64,000 bases of DNA from Takakia lepidozioides (taxonomy: Eukaryota > Plantae > Bryophyta). Positions 1-10,900 of this stretch are shown here, piece by piece. The notes below the pieces were generated by a model. That model was not told the DNA's origin and did not search any database. It was given only the letters and a program-made list of their open reading frames with translations. Position numbers and translations under genes: made by a program. The stretch's first letter is position 1. Each line of letters starts with the position of its first letter. Where the stretch lies: positions 40,052,001 to 40,116,000 of the forward strand of contig CM060733.1 in the NCBI GenBank assembly GCA_030704615.1, written 5' to 3'.

Positions 1-688
1 AATGAACAGCTTGCAGCCGCTTCAAATAGAGGTTTTCCCTTAGTGCCCTCAAGGCGCAAAGGCTGCAAAGGATGATCAGAGAGAGAAGCGAGTAGCTGAA
101 CTTGCAACGAGGGCCCAGACAACTGCAATTGCCGAAATGGCTGCAGCCACAAAAAGAAGAGCTGAAGCCTTGTCCGATGCCTCGGCATTGAGCCTCTTCA
201 CCCTACCTTGGATGGAGCACAATGATGAGGCCCTTGAATACTTGAGGTTGCGACGCTCTGAGGAGCTGTTGAAGGTGAAGTTCCGTATCCAAGGCGTTGA
301 AGCTGCTATGAAGGCTGCCGAGGTCACCCAAGCGAAGACCAATCCTCCCCCAATTATTCCCCCTGCTACTGCTCCAATTCATGAAAGTCAGCCGTCACTG
401 GCAGAGCAGCATAGTCCAACAAATTTTGTTGTGAACCTATTTCCCAAATTTAATGAACTGTTCATTGCAGAAATCCAAGGTTATTTCCGTCTATACCAAG
501 AGTATTTCAAGCCAGTAGAGAGCAGAAATGAGGCATTCAGACCTACGAACGAATTTATTCATCCCCGTCGTGTTGATGATCAATTCTACACCCCCACGCC
601 ATTCCAACAGGAGGCTGGCAATCGCCCAGACCTTGATGAGTCACAAGGAGAGGATTCAGAATATAGGATGGATTGCACATTCGAATGA
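1..688 (+). CDS. Harbinger accessory ORF1 (Myb/SANT-like or NAM-associated type), C-terminal part
   Basis: ORF 137..688 with a helical segment (AEALSDASALSLFTLP...EALEYLRLRRSEEL) resembling the C-termini of Harbinger ORF1 proteins; convergent with the transposase. The N-terminus probably lies upstream of 137. Confidence 0.55.
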
Positions 689-693
689 GAGAG

Positions 694-1445
694 ACTAGCA
701 CTCAGACAACCCTACCACAAAAATTGGTTCAATTTGCATGCAGTGTGGCTTCATAGATTTCTAACAAGTGCTATGACGATTGTATGAGGGCCTCCAGAGC
801 CTAACATTTTTTTTAATACATTGTGGACAGGTCCCAAGCACATCTGAATTTCTTGTTTGTGTTTTCGTACATACTAGCACTTAGACAGCCCTACCATCGC
901 AAAAATTGCTTCAATTTGCATGTAGTGTGGCTTCATAGATTCCTAACAAGTGCTATGACGATTGTATCAGGGCCTCCGGAGCCTAACATTTTTTTAATAC
1001 ATTGTGGACAGGCCCCAAGCACATCTGAATTTCTTGTTTGTGTTTTCGTACATACTAGCACTCAAACAGCCTTACCATCGCAAAAATTGGTTCAATTTGC
1101 ATGTAATGTGGCTTCATAGATTCCTAACAAGTGCTATGACAATTGTATGAGGGCCTCTAGAGCCTAACTTTTTAATACATTGTGGACAGGCCCCAAGCAC
1201 ATCTGAAATGTCTTGTTTGTGTTTTCGTACATACTAGCACTCAGACAACCCTACCATCGCAAAACTTGCTTAAATTTGCATGTAGTGTGGCTTCATAGAT
1301 TCCTAAAAAGTTCTATGATGATTGTATGAGGACCTCCAGTGCCTAACATGTTTTTAATACATTGTGGACAGGCCCCAAGCACATCTGAAATTTCTTGTTT
1401 GTGTTTTCGTACATACTGGCACTCAGACAGCCCTACCATCGCACC
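694..1445. repeat. Tandem repeat, ~180-bp unit, ~4.2 copies, inside Harbinger
   Basis: Unit start ACTAGCACTCAGAC-like at 694, 873, 1054, 1233 and 1415 (periods 179-182). Confidence 0.95.
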
Positions 1446-1476
1446 CATTGGTTAGTTTTGCTTATGGTATTGCTTG

Positions 1477-2130
1477 GTAGGTGGGGGGCCACACTAGGAA
1501 TGTGTGGACCCTCCCCCATGCCATTCTCATTTTTTGGCATCAACATATGCCCCAGTTTGTGAGTATGTCTTCGAAAACCACAATGTGTCAACTTAGTATC
1601 ATATCATTCCATGTATTTGACATTCTTTGTGAGAATTCAGGATTATAGTACGTGGGGGGCTTCACTTGAAATGTGTGGAGCCCTCCCACATGCCATTCTC
1701 ATTTGTTGGCATGAAGATATGCCTCAGTTTGTGAATATCTGTTCCAAAACCTAGAAAATGAGTCTTAGCATCATAAAATTCAATCTTCATGATGTTTTTG
1801 GTGCAAATTCAGGGCTGTAGTAGGTGGGGGCCGTTATTACCAATGTGTAGAGCCCTCCCACATACCCTTCTCATTTGTTGGCATGAAGATATGCCCCAAT
1901 TTGTGAATATATGTTCCAAAACCTAGAAAATGAGTCTTAGCATCATATAATTCAATCTTCATGATGTTTTTGGTACAAATTGAGGGCTGCAGTAAGTGGG
2001 GGGGCTCACTACCAATGTGTAGAGCCCTCCCACATGCCATTCTCATTTGTTGGCATAAAGTTATGCCCCAATTTGTGAATATGCCTCACAAAACGTAAAA
2101 TATTCCACTTGGCATCCTATAATTCATAAC
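1477..2130. repeat. Tandem repeat, ~171-bp unit, ~4 copies, inside Harbinger
   Basis: GTGGGGGG...AATGTGT.GAGCCCTCCCACATGCCATTCTCATTTGTTGGCAT recurs near 1480, 1650, 1820 and 1992. Confidence 0.93.
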
Positions 2131-2187
2131 CAAATCCTTTATGCATGTCAAGCACATGAAGTAACACACTTTATTGATAGAGTACAA

Positions 2188-3037
2188 TCAAAACATTGGG
2201 GCACCTTTCAACTCCCATTGGTGTTCAATGAGGTCATTTCTCAATCTGTGGTATTTCTCAAAATTCTCAATTTCTAGAGTACCTAGACGATAAGATTCAA
2301 ACTGAGACCTCTGCGAATAGGCACTACTAGGTGTTCATCAAATTGGCCTTCAAAAGCAGTGTCTTGCTCGTCATCTATTATCATATTATGAAGTATGACA
2401 CATGCTAACATGATAGATTTGATAGTGTATATGTCCCACTGTCTCAAAGGGTTTTGTATGATTGAAAACCTGCTCTGTAGTACACCAAAAGCTCTCTCGA
2501 CGTCCTTTCTCACTGACTCCTGCATCATCGCAAAATATGCCATCTTTTGGTCTTGAGGCTCATAAATTGTCTGCACAAAAATGGACCAAGAGGGATATAT
2601 ACCATTTGCCAGGAGGTAATACCTCTTGTAAACATTGTCATTGACAGAGAAGGTGACATTCTCAGCCTCTCCTTTGAGCAAATTTGCAACCAACGGAGAG
2701 CGATCTTGAACGTTAACGTCATTGTTTCCGCCTGGCAACCCAAAGAAGGCGTGCCAGATCCAAAGATCCTGAGAGGCAATTGCCTCCAGCACAATGTTGC
2801 GGTTTCCATCTTTATCTTTATATTGGCCCTGCCAAGAAACAGGGCAGTTCTTCCAAACATAATGCATATAATCTAAAGAGGCAAACATACCGGGAAACCC
2901 TCGAGCAGTATTGATCCGCATTTGCCTTTGTATGTTTTGTGCAGTTGGTTGACGAAGGAATTCTTCCTCAAAACAGGCACGAACTGCATGCACAAATCTC
3001 TTCATAGCCTCCATAACAGTGGGATTCGCTCAACCTG
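2188..3037 (-). pseudogene. Harbinger DDE transposase, C-terminal half
   Basis: Motifs RGFPGMFASLDYMH, WIWHAFFGLPG.NND, YLLANGIYP (catalytic D changed to N) and RKDVERAFGVLQSRF. A frameshifted tail LRNDLIEHQW ends at 2188. Confidence 0.93.
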
Positions 3038-3610
3038 CAACGACGCAATGGCGTGAGCGCGCGAGTGTACGCTCACGCAAGAGTGACATGGCGTGAGCCT
3101 GCACCCACGCTGACGTGGCGGCAAATGATGACATGGCACTGTCCGTCATCTGCCACGTCAGCATTAACATGCGCTGCCTATAACCGAGGATGGTCCTATG
3201 ACCGTGGAATTAATGCAGGGAATCTTTCCTAAATAGAATCAAGACTACCATGAGGCCTACAATTGTAGCATCCAACATTGTGCAATTACAAATGCTTGTT
3301 TCACTTTTACAATTACGAGGACGAGAAAATATCCTCACAAAGTGTGCGCCATAAAGGCTGCCACGGGAAGACCTTCCTCCCTCCTCAAATAACAATGAGA
3401 GTTAGGATCATCTTCAAAAGATGATTGTAGTGCATAGCGACAGCAAGACATGTAGACTTCGAACGGTGCAATGACAAATGTGCTTTTAAAAGTTGCCACT
3501 CAGAGCTCACTCCGTATAGTTGGAGGCCATATCATTGCACCGCCGACGAATTGATGTGAATTACACATTTCAAATCATGGTCGTCCACATACCACATTGC
3601 ATAGTTGATG

Positions 3611-6600
3611 CTACCCATGTGTTGTATCCCGCTGCAATAGAGTAGCAACCTCGTTGAAACTCATAGTGGCCTGGTGAATGAAGTTGTCACGTTTGGGATC
3701 GCAAACCATCATCTTCAAAAATATGAAACACAAATGTTTGCAGGGTATGAATTTACCTCTCTTGCCCAAACTGGTTGATAGCATATTCACAAAATCGGGA
3801 CATGTGCAATTGGGGAAATTGGAAACCGTGATGTCGTAGGTCCTGTCATGAACAGCAGATGTGGAAGTGATGATTGTGAATACCCGACCATATCCTGGAT
3901 CGGGTACTTCCGTGGTGCTTCCAACATGAGCTTGGAGCATTCTTGCGGACTCTACTTTGTCAAAGTGTTCAGCGGTTGGAGGGAAACGCCGAACGAGCTT
4001 TCCATCTCGTTTGGTTGGCCACAAGTCAGGATTTGCCGGGGGGACCCGGGAGGATGCAGAAGTAGTAGCACATGCATGGAGTTGGGGTTGTCTCGCAAGG
4101 GAAAAACCCGCCTCCTCCAACATTTCAATCTCCTGAAAGCTGAGACGTGTTCCCACCTTGACGGGCCAAACGGTTGGAGGAGATGGCTTCATCACTATGG
4201 AAGGACGCACAGTTCCATGCACACATCTGGCACAATCATCTGCGCAGAACCAGAACTTATGGTTCTTGGCTTATGGTTGACCGTATGGACGCATCAAACC
4301 CGTGAAAGTCGAAGCAGGAGTTCGGGCACCACCTCTGGATATAGATGAAGTGCACTTCTCGAAATTAGTTGCCCTGATCGCTGTACATTTCACACGAGAC
4401 CCTACACTTGTGCGTTCTATGTGCCAAACGTGGTCGGGGCATTCGGACTCAAGCACATCAAGGGGGTTGTTTCTCTCCTGCACCATTTCAGTGGCACTGT
4501 TTGATGCTGGAGCTTGCCGTCGTGTTGGAGGTTCCTCCACAATGGAGGTTCCGGACATGGAGCTGTCATGCAGGGGAACACGAGGCTTCAAGAAGTTATC
4601 ACGGTCTGCCCTGTGCGAATCGGAATCCGAACCAGGTGGAGTGTTCAATTTCCTCTTACAGGAGCCGAATCTCTCCTCCCCTTCAAGATGTGGAACTTTA
4701 GAAACAAGTGGCGTTCCCTGGGCATACATGCTCACCGCCCATGCTATCTTGATTTGATCCCCAGATCTGTTTGCAGCACGCAATATCAACTCCCATTTGT
4801 CCGGACCCTTGCCACCAACCCCACCTCGTAAGAAATCACGGTATCGGGTTTGTTGTTGCAAGGCACGTATCAAATCATCTGTTGTTGCCACATACAAATC
4901 CCGACCTCGTTTCCCAGACTGCTGCAACCATGCGTTGTGCACAGTTTCTGCCAAATTGCAAGATGACATGTCCGCCATTTCCTCAATGGACATGTTCTGC
5001 AAAGTGCAGAACCACACTTCAAAACAGTGAACAGAAAACAACATAAAGAAAGCGAGGATACAATAAAATGGAAAGTAAATGAATGAATAAAGCAAGAAAT
5101 ATAAGCCTCGTACCACTGGCATGGCTGCTCCCCACTGTCTATACCGGAAGTGCCAAAATGCCAGCCAATCTTCCAATGCTCTCATACTCTCAAGTGATGC
5201 AGCTCCAGAAGAGAACCACCAGCACGAATTGTTTGGAACAAAGTGTCTGCCTCCTTCATTGTTCTAGCATCTTTGTACTATTTGCACAATTTACGGTGCT
5301 GAGTCTGCATCTCTGGTTTGATGTCCGACTTTGTATGTTTTTCCAGAGATTGTGTCCAATGGAATAGACATGTACGCTCTCTTCCTCGCATTGGCACTTT
5401 TGGGTCGCCCGATCCGAAGACAATACGAACAGCATTGAAATTTGCTGGAGCACTATCCGCCATGAAACCTGCAAAATTTGGAGATGGCAGCCCATGACAC
5501 GTATCAGGGAATTCCACATGAGCTTCTGGGATTCCGTATCTTCGGATTGCATGTCACAAACTGCAATTGTCATAACTCGTTGGTACACTGGATCGTAGAC
5601 ATGACAAGCCATTGTCGTCCAATCCTTCACTCGTTTCACATGATCAAACATAAGAAAACAGTTCTGCAAGTCCCCAGTCTTCTGCATCCGCTTCACGAGG
5701 CTAATCCCACTGCCCTCCCCAACAGTCGACATTTTGAAAAGAAAAATTTGATGACACCTTGACCTGGGAATACATTGTCCTGGATGTAATCGTACTTGCT
5801 CACTCGTTTCAACTCCAAAATGTTGTCTATGTAGCCTCTGATACCAGAGCCCATTCTTAATGCATTGATCTGATGCCGAATGTTAGGTGAACTCAAAGTG
5901 GAGAAATGATCCATGACCAGGTCCAATACTGCACCGTCAAGTTTAGTCCCCACAGAATCCCCTTCACTCAAAATATGGCTTTCCAAGAAGGACTTGCTTG
6001 CGCCAAGAGCAATTGCAGATGTTGTTGCGGATGGGTTTCTCTCGAACTCCTGTTTAATCAACCTCGATACTGTCTCAATACTCTCCATGTAATCCCCCTT
6101 CGAGACAGGATGGTTATGGAATCCGAAATGCACACAAGCTCTTGTCATTGTTTTCAAACGGTGGACAACATAGTACATTCTTGCTCCACAGAGCGCCAAG
6201 CAGGATGACACAAGTTTGCAGAATTTGCAGACGGAAGTGTTTGCCGATGGTGGGGCAGTCCCAGGCTGAAATGGATTTTCCACCAGACCCTCCCATTCGC
6301 TTTGATTATGAACCCCAGACTGAAGAAAATGTCTGCAATTCAAATTATCACACCTAAGGTGTCCATTGCAAACTGTTCTCCTGAAAACAAGCTTGTCATC
6401 ATTCTGAATATTAGATGTTTTTGTTCTGCACCACGGGTGCCCGTCGTGTTTCTTGTCCATTCCATGCATCATGATTGTTACACCTCCAACTCGCGGAGGA
6501 GGAGGCAGTTCGAATAGGATATCGCCATCAAAAGTCTCTGGCAAGAACTTCACAGGCACCTGCTTCAGAGATTCCCAATCAATTCCTCGCAACTCACTTT

Positions 6601-7114
6601 TGAATCCAGCCATTCCTCCCATCGCCCGTAATTTTGGAATGACACTACAAATTTCTTCTTCATCAACTTCTCCAACCACAGTAGGAAGGATTGGATTTGA
6701 AATTTCACTTATGTCACCATCGGACGAATCCGAAAGCTCAACGATTGGAGTGGAGGACGTCTGTTCTTTTTTCACCACCACCTCCCTCTTGTCTTCAACG
6801 ACCGAAGCAGCAGTCCCGGACGTCACATATGACCCAAGGGACTTTCGCCGAGGCTCTCCAAGTACTCTGTATCAACCAGGGCGCACTCTCCACTGGCTGA
6901 TATGAGCCGTCTTATCACGGTTTTGGAAAGAGTATTTCAACAACTTCCCTTTTAAATCGTACACCTCTTTCTCCAAAAAGATGGAGCCATTCTGAAGCTG
7001 AAAACGGGTAGCCAAGACATGTTCCAGAACAATTGCAAATCCATTGTCAAGGACTTCCTGGGAGAACGGCACTGGTTTGTCGTCAGAGAAGAACTCCGCT
7101 TCAGAGGAAGCCAT
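3611..7114 (-). pseudogene. Mutator-type transposase: WRKY/GCM-like Zn DNA-binding domain, MULE DDE core and SWIM finger (stops and frameshifts)
   Basis: DGHPW...CNGHLRC...C...CKFC...C...HFGFHNHP (WRKY-GCM-like). FLMFDHVKR (D1), FMADSA (D2), CLFHWTQS (MULE CxxH) and CNLAETVHN (E). CTCPDF...PCKHL (SWIM). Probable intron ~4995-5115. TGA at 6872 corresponds to CGA in copy 2. Confidence 0.88.
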
Positions 7115-7996
7115 CTTCCTTCCTCGCGTACGTTGATACCTTGCTATCGCAGACCTTCAGTGTAAATCGGTTTACTGATGTCTCCAGAACACAGTTGAAG
7201 AATGAGCATAGAATATTGCGGAAGAAGCTCAGACGACGACTGTGCATATTTTGTTATTCATTCCAGATATGCAGCCGTCCATTTTAATTACTTTTCTTGT
7301 GGGCCCAGTGGTCAGAGTATCCCTAGGAGCAATGTCGGCAGCTGTTAAACTGTTAATCAGAACCTCATCAATAAACACAATAACAAGCCGACTTCCTGGA
7401 AGCATACCATAGGATCTGAGGGTGGGATTGCAGATTAAGTAAATGTATCTTTATACTACTACCAATGATCATGCGCACCTGGAAAATTCAATATGGTGAT
7501 CGTTTTTATTCTTAATACTTGAAAAAAAACACGACCGCCAGTTTTGTGAAACGAACGTGGGGTTGGCTAACAAGGATGACCGTGTATGATATCCCAAAAT
7601 TTGTCATCAAACTCTCGTTCATTTACATATATTTGTCTAAGATTGTGCGCCAAGATTTCTGGGATTTGCTGTTATTTTTAAATATTGAAATAAAGAACAC
7701 GCCGTTTATTTTGGGCGACACACGTCAGACATCGATAACTGAATACGAACAGCTGTACACTAATTGCTGGCATGCGCACTAATAAGGAAACGACTATGTG
7801 TAACGGTCATGCGAGAGGGAATTTGATGCTTCTAGAGACAAGCAACAACGCACGCAATCCCGCAAGAAATCGGGAGTCACTTCGTTTTTCTACTTTTCGC
7901 GCTTAGAGGGAGAGTGGTAGTCAAGCTGGAATACGAAAGAGAAGAAAGTCTCTTTATTTTACTTCCCTTAGATAGAGACGCAGTGCAAGAGAGTAA
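7115..7996. promoter_or_regulatory. Putative bidirectional promoter/5'UTR region between the transposase and the cargo gene
   Basis: ~880 bp between the divergent ATGs at 7114 (-) and 7997 (+); largely conserved in copy 2 (61571-62541). The assignment is positional only. Confidence 0.5.
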
Positions 7997-10900
7997 ATGA
8001 CGAGGCGTCGTTTGCTGGAGAACACAGGGCCAAGGCAGCAGGTGAACGCGGAGACTGATTCACAAGAGCAGACCGAGACTGAGGCAACGGCTGTGACACA
8101 GTTGGCGATAACAGTGCGCATTGGAAACCAGCCTGTGGATGCAGAGATGACTCGCAGGGAAACTGAAGGAGGTGGAAGTACGAGGAACGCTGAACCGGGA
8201 GAAGGTCCAGAAACCCTAGAGCAGACAGAAATTCCAGCAGATGTGAGAGGGAAGAGAAAAGCTGCAGAAGGGGATCCAATTTCAAAACCTAAGAAGGCGC
8301 CAGTAAGTTTTCTCTAACTTACATTTCATTGTTGAAGATCTGCTTAGAGATTGAGTGGAATGTCCCAGAAAGGGATTGTCGCTACCGACCATCACCATGA
8401 AACAACGGTGATTTGCTTTATTAAGGGTTTACCGCACAATGAGTGGGTGACTGACGGTACCGTCATTAACCGTTGTTCAGATCATACAGTCTGTCTGATT
8501 GCCTTTCAAGCAGTCCTTCCTCTTCCCTTCTTTAGCAGGAACATGTGATTGAAGTCTACTGAATTGCAAGCGTCGTTAACGCCATTCGATTCTCCTCATG
8601 AGATTTATTTACCTATGTGTTTGAAGAGAGAGTGAGGGTCGGCATATTCAGTCATAATGTATTGCAATGCATTTTCTTTGTATGAGGTTGAACAGATAGA
8701 GAAGTGGAAAGGCGGTACCGCCAATCAAAGATTTGAAGACCATACTGTAGATTCAGGTAGAGTATCGATTGGAAAGTACTCTCGACATAGACATGAAACC
8801 GTGAATGCTTGCGACGGTAATCACAATGGAGTCAATCTAAATAATCTGCACTTACTGTCCGCCCTAAACTATACTGAATGTCGTTGCCGCCAATCACTTA
8901 CACATATATGTCATTACACAACACCGATCCGGCAGGTCCTTATCTTTTGTGATTGTCGTTAACGCCGTTCGCTATCGCTCTCGCTTTTGTTTTGAATTCG
9001 GCAGGATCAGCTTTGCTTGTGTAGATGGTTCTGAATTTGTTTCACACCATTTATTGTGAGTTTCTTCGAGACAGAGTGATGGTCTTTACCGCCGTTCACT
9101 ATTTGCAAATTACTCAGTCAGATTTGAATGACATCGTGCAGAAAACTGTGAGGTCCAAGCCTACAGGATCAGAGGGGAAAGGATCTGGAGATGGGGACGA
9201 GTCTGGAAAAAGCTCAGAGAATACAGATGAAGCAGATGAATCTGAAGTGCACTACCTTGACAAGGTGAAAGAACTCATGTCATTCCAGAAGGTAAACTCT
9301 CAGGAGGTTACAAGGGACATGCTCGTATTTGGAGGGCGTCTGGACATCCCTTTGTGCTGGATGATATCTATGCCTGTTGTCCGTCCACCTCTTTCCCATG
9401 ACATAACAAAATTGGAGAGTGATTTTGTGCATGGATACAGACTTGGTGCACAAGTTTTTTATGTGTCACTGACGGATATAAATGGGAAAAACACATTAGT
9501 GTCTCCAGAGATCAGTGATAACTGGGATGAGTGCTGGAAAGATGCCAATGAGGAGTTCGAACTGGGCCTCATGATGAGAAAGAACACCCAGCAATTCTGC
9601 AACCACATGTTCTACGTCTGGGACGGCAACCACCGATTGCTGGCATAGATGGGATACATCCAGAAACACCATGCGAAAGACAAAGACAAGCATGTTGCTG
9701 TGGAGGCAATGGTTTTGGATCCAGGAAACGACATCGCTAGGCTTCTTACAGCTATGCACGACATGAACAAGTAAGTCATCCTAGAGATTTCATTCCCTCT
9801 GTAGTGTCTTGTTAATCCCAAAAAAACAGTGTTAAGGAATGCAATGTTTCCAATGTTTTTGCAGATCGACAGAGAAATCGCATGTGACAACAAGCTTGGT
9901 CCACACACTATTCCGAATTCAGAGGATTGGTCTGATGAAGCTGGATGATTTTCGGACAGTACTCCCCCCCAATATAATCAAGAAGTGCGAAACAAGAAGA
10001 GCTGCAGGTACTTGGTATTCTTTGACTCGAGAGGCGTTTCTGGAGTACATGTATGCGATAAGCCCGAGTCTGTACTCAGTTTACTTTTCGAATACATGTT
10101 TGTAGTCCCTTCGGTGCTAATCACTATTTGAATCAATGCAGCAAGAACTGGCAGAGGCAGCTGAGAAGGGAAAATCCGAATATTACCGCACTACACCAGA
10201 TGAACTAAAGACATCAAAGGGTGTAGAAGCAGCAATAAAAAAGGAGTTTGAAATGCGAAGAACCAAATTGATGTCCGCCTTCAGAAAGCAACTTAGAATA
10301 GTAGATCCTGGACTTGGTTTTGAGTTTCTTCAGCAGATCAAATCTCACTATGACAAGCATGTGTATCCGGAGATGTAGCAGGAGAAATTGCACCGGCTGG
10401 CCATATCCATGGTCGACCCACAAACAAAAATAAGGTGGCTGGAGATATGGAACTTAGATCAGACAGTAAAGGACTTGAATCAGTTCCCAAAGAGCACCAT
10501 ACAGCCTGGCACAAAGGTGGAAGGAATCAGTGATTTGGTGTTTGATAACTGGCTCCACAAGGCTACATTTTGGAGTCAGGTGTGTATTCAAATAAGTCGT
10601 TTTCTTTTCTTCAATTATGTGATAAGTATCTTATTTGCAATACTGACAAATATACAATTTGCAGCTCGAAAAGCGTGCCGTCATTGTGCTGGATCATACT
10701 TTGAAAGACTTGAACATTTCGATTGTTTCCCCTCCCTAAATGTCATTGGAGGCATACATAAGGAAGTGGAGAGGTCTCACCTGGAGATACTGTTTTTTCC
10801 GGGAGTTCTCCAAAGATGGTAACATTTTACGGTCCAACGACTTTGACAGTCAGGTTGGAGGAGAGTGGGCCATGATGCGAGTTGTGTACAGGTGCAATAT

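Noticed and set aside
823-1119. ORFs within tandem or low-complexity repeats (823-1119, 1837-2046, 14405-14702, 48525-48782, 54696-55296)
   Set aside because: By-products of repeats and strand-biased composition; no protein-like features.
3611-7114. KDZ/Zisupton assignment suggested by the SWIM finger and Cys clusters
   Set aside because: The D..D..CxxH..E spacing and a probable 9-bp TSD fit Mutator; no KDZ core motifs were recognised.
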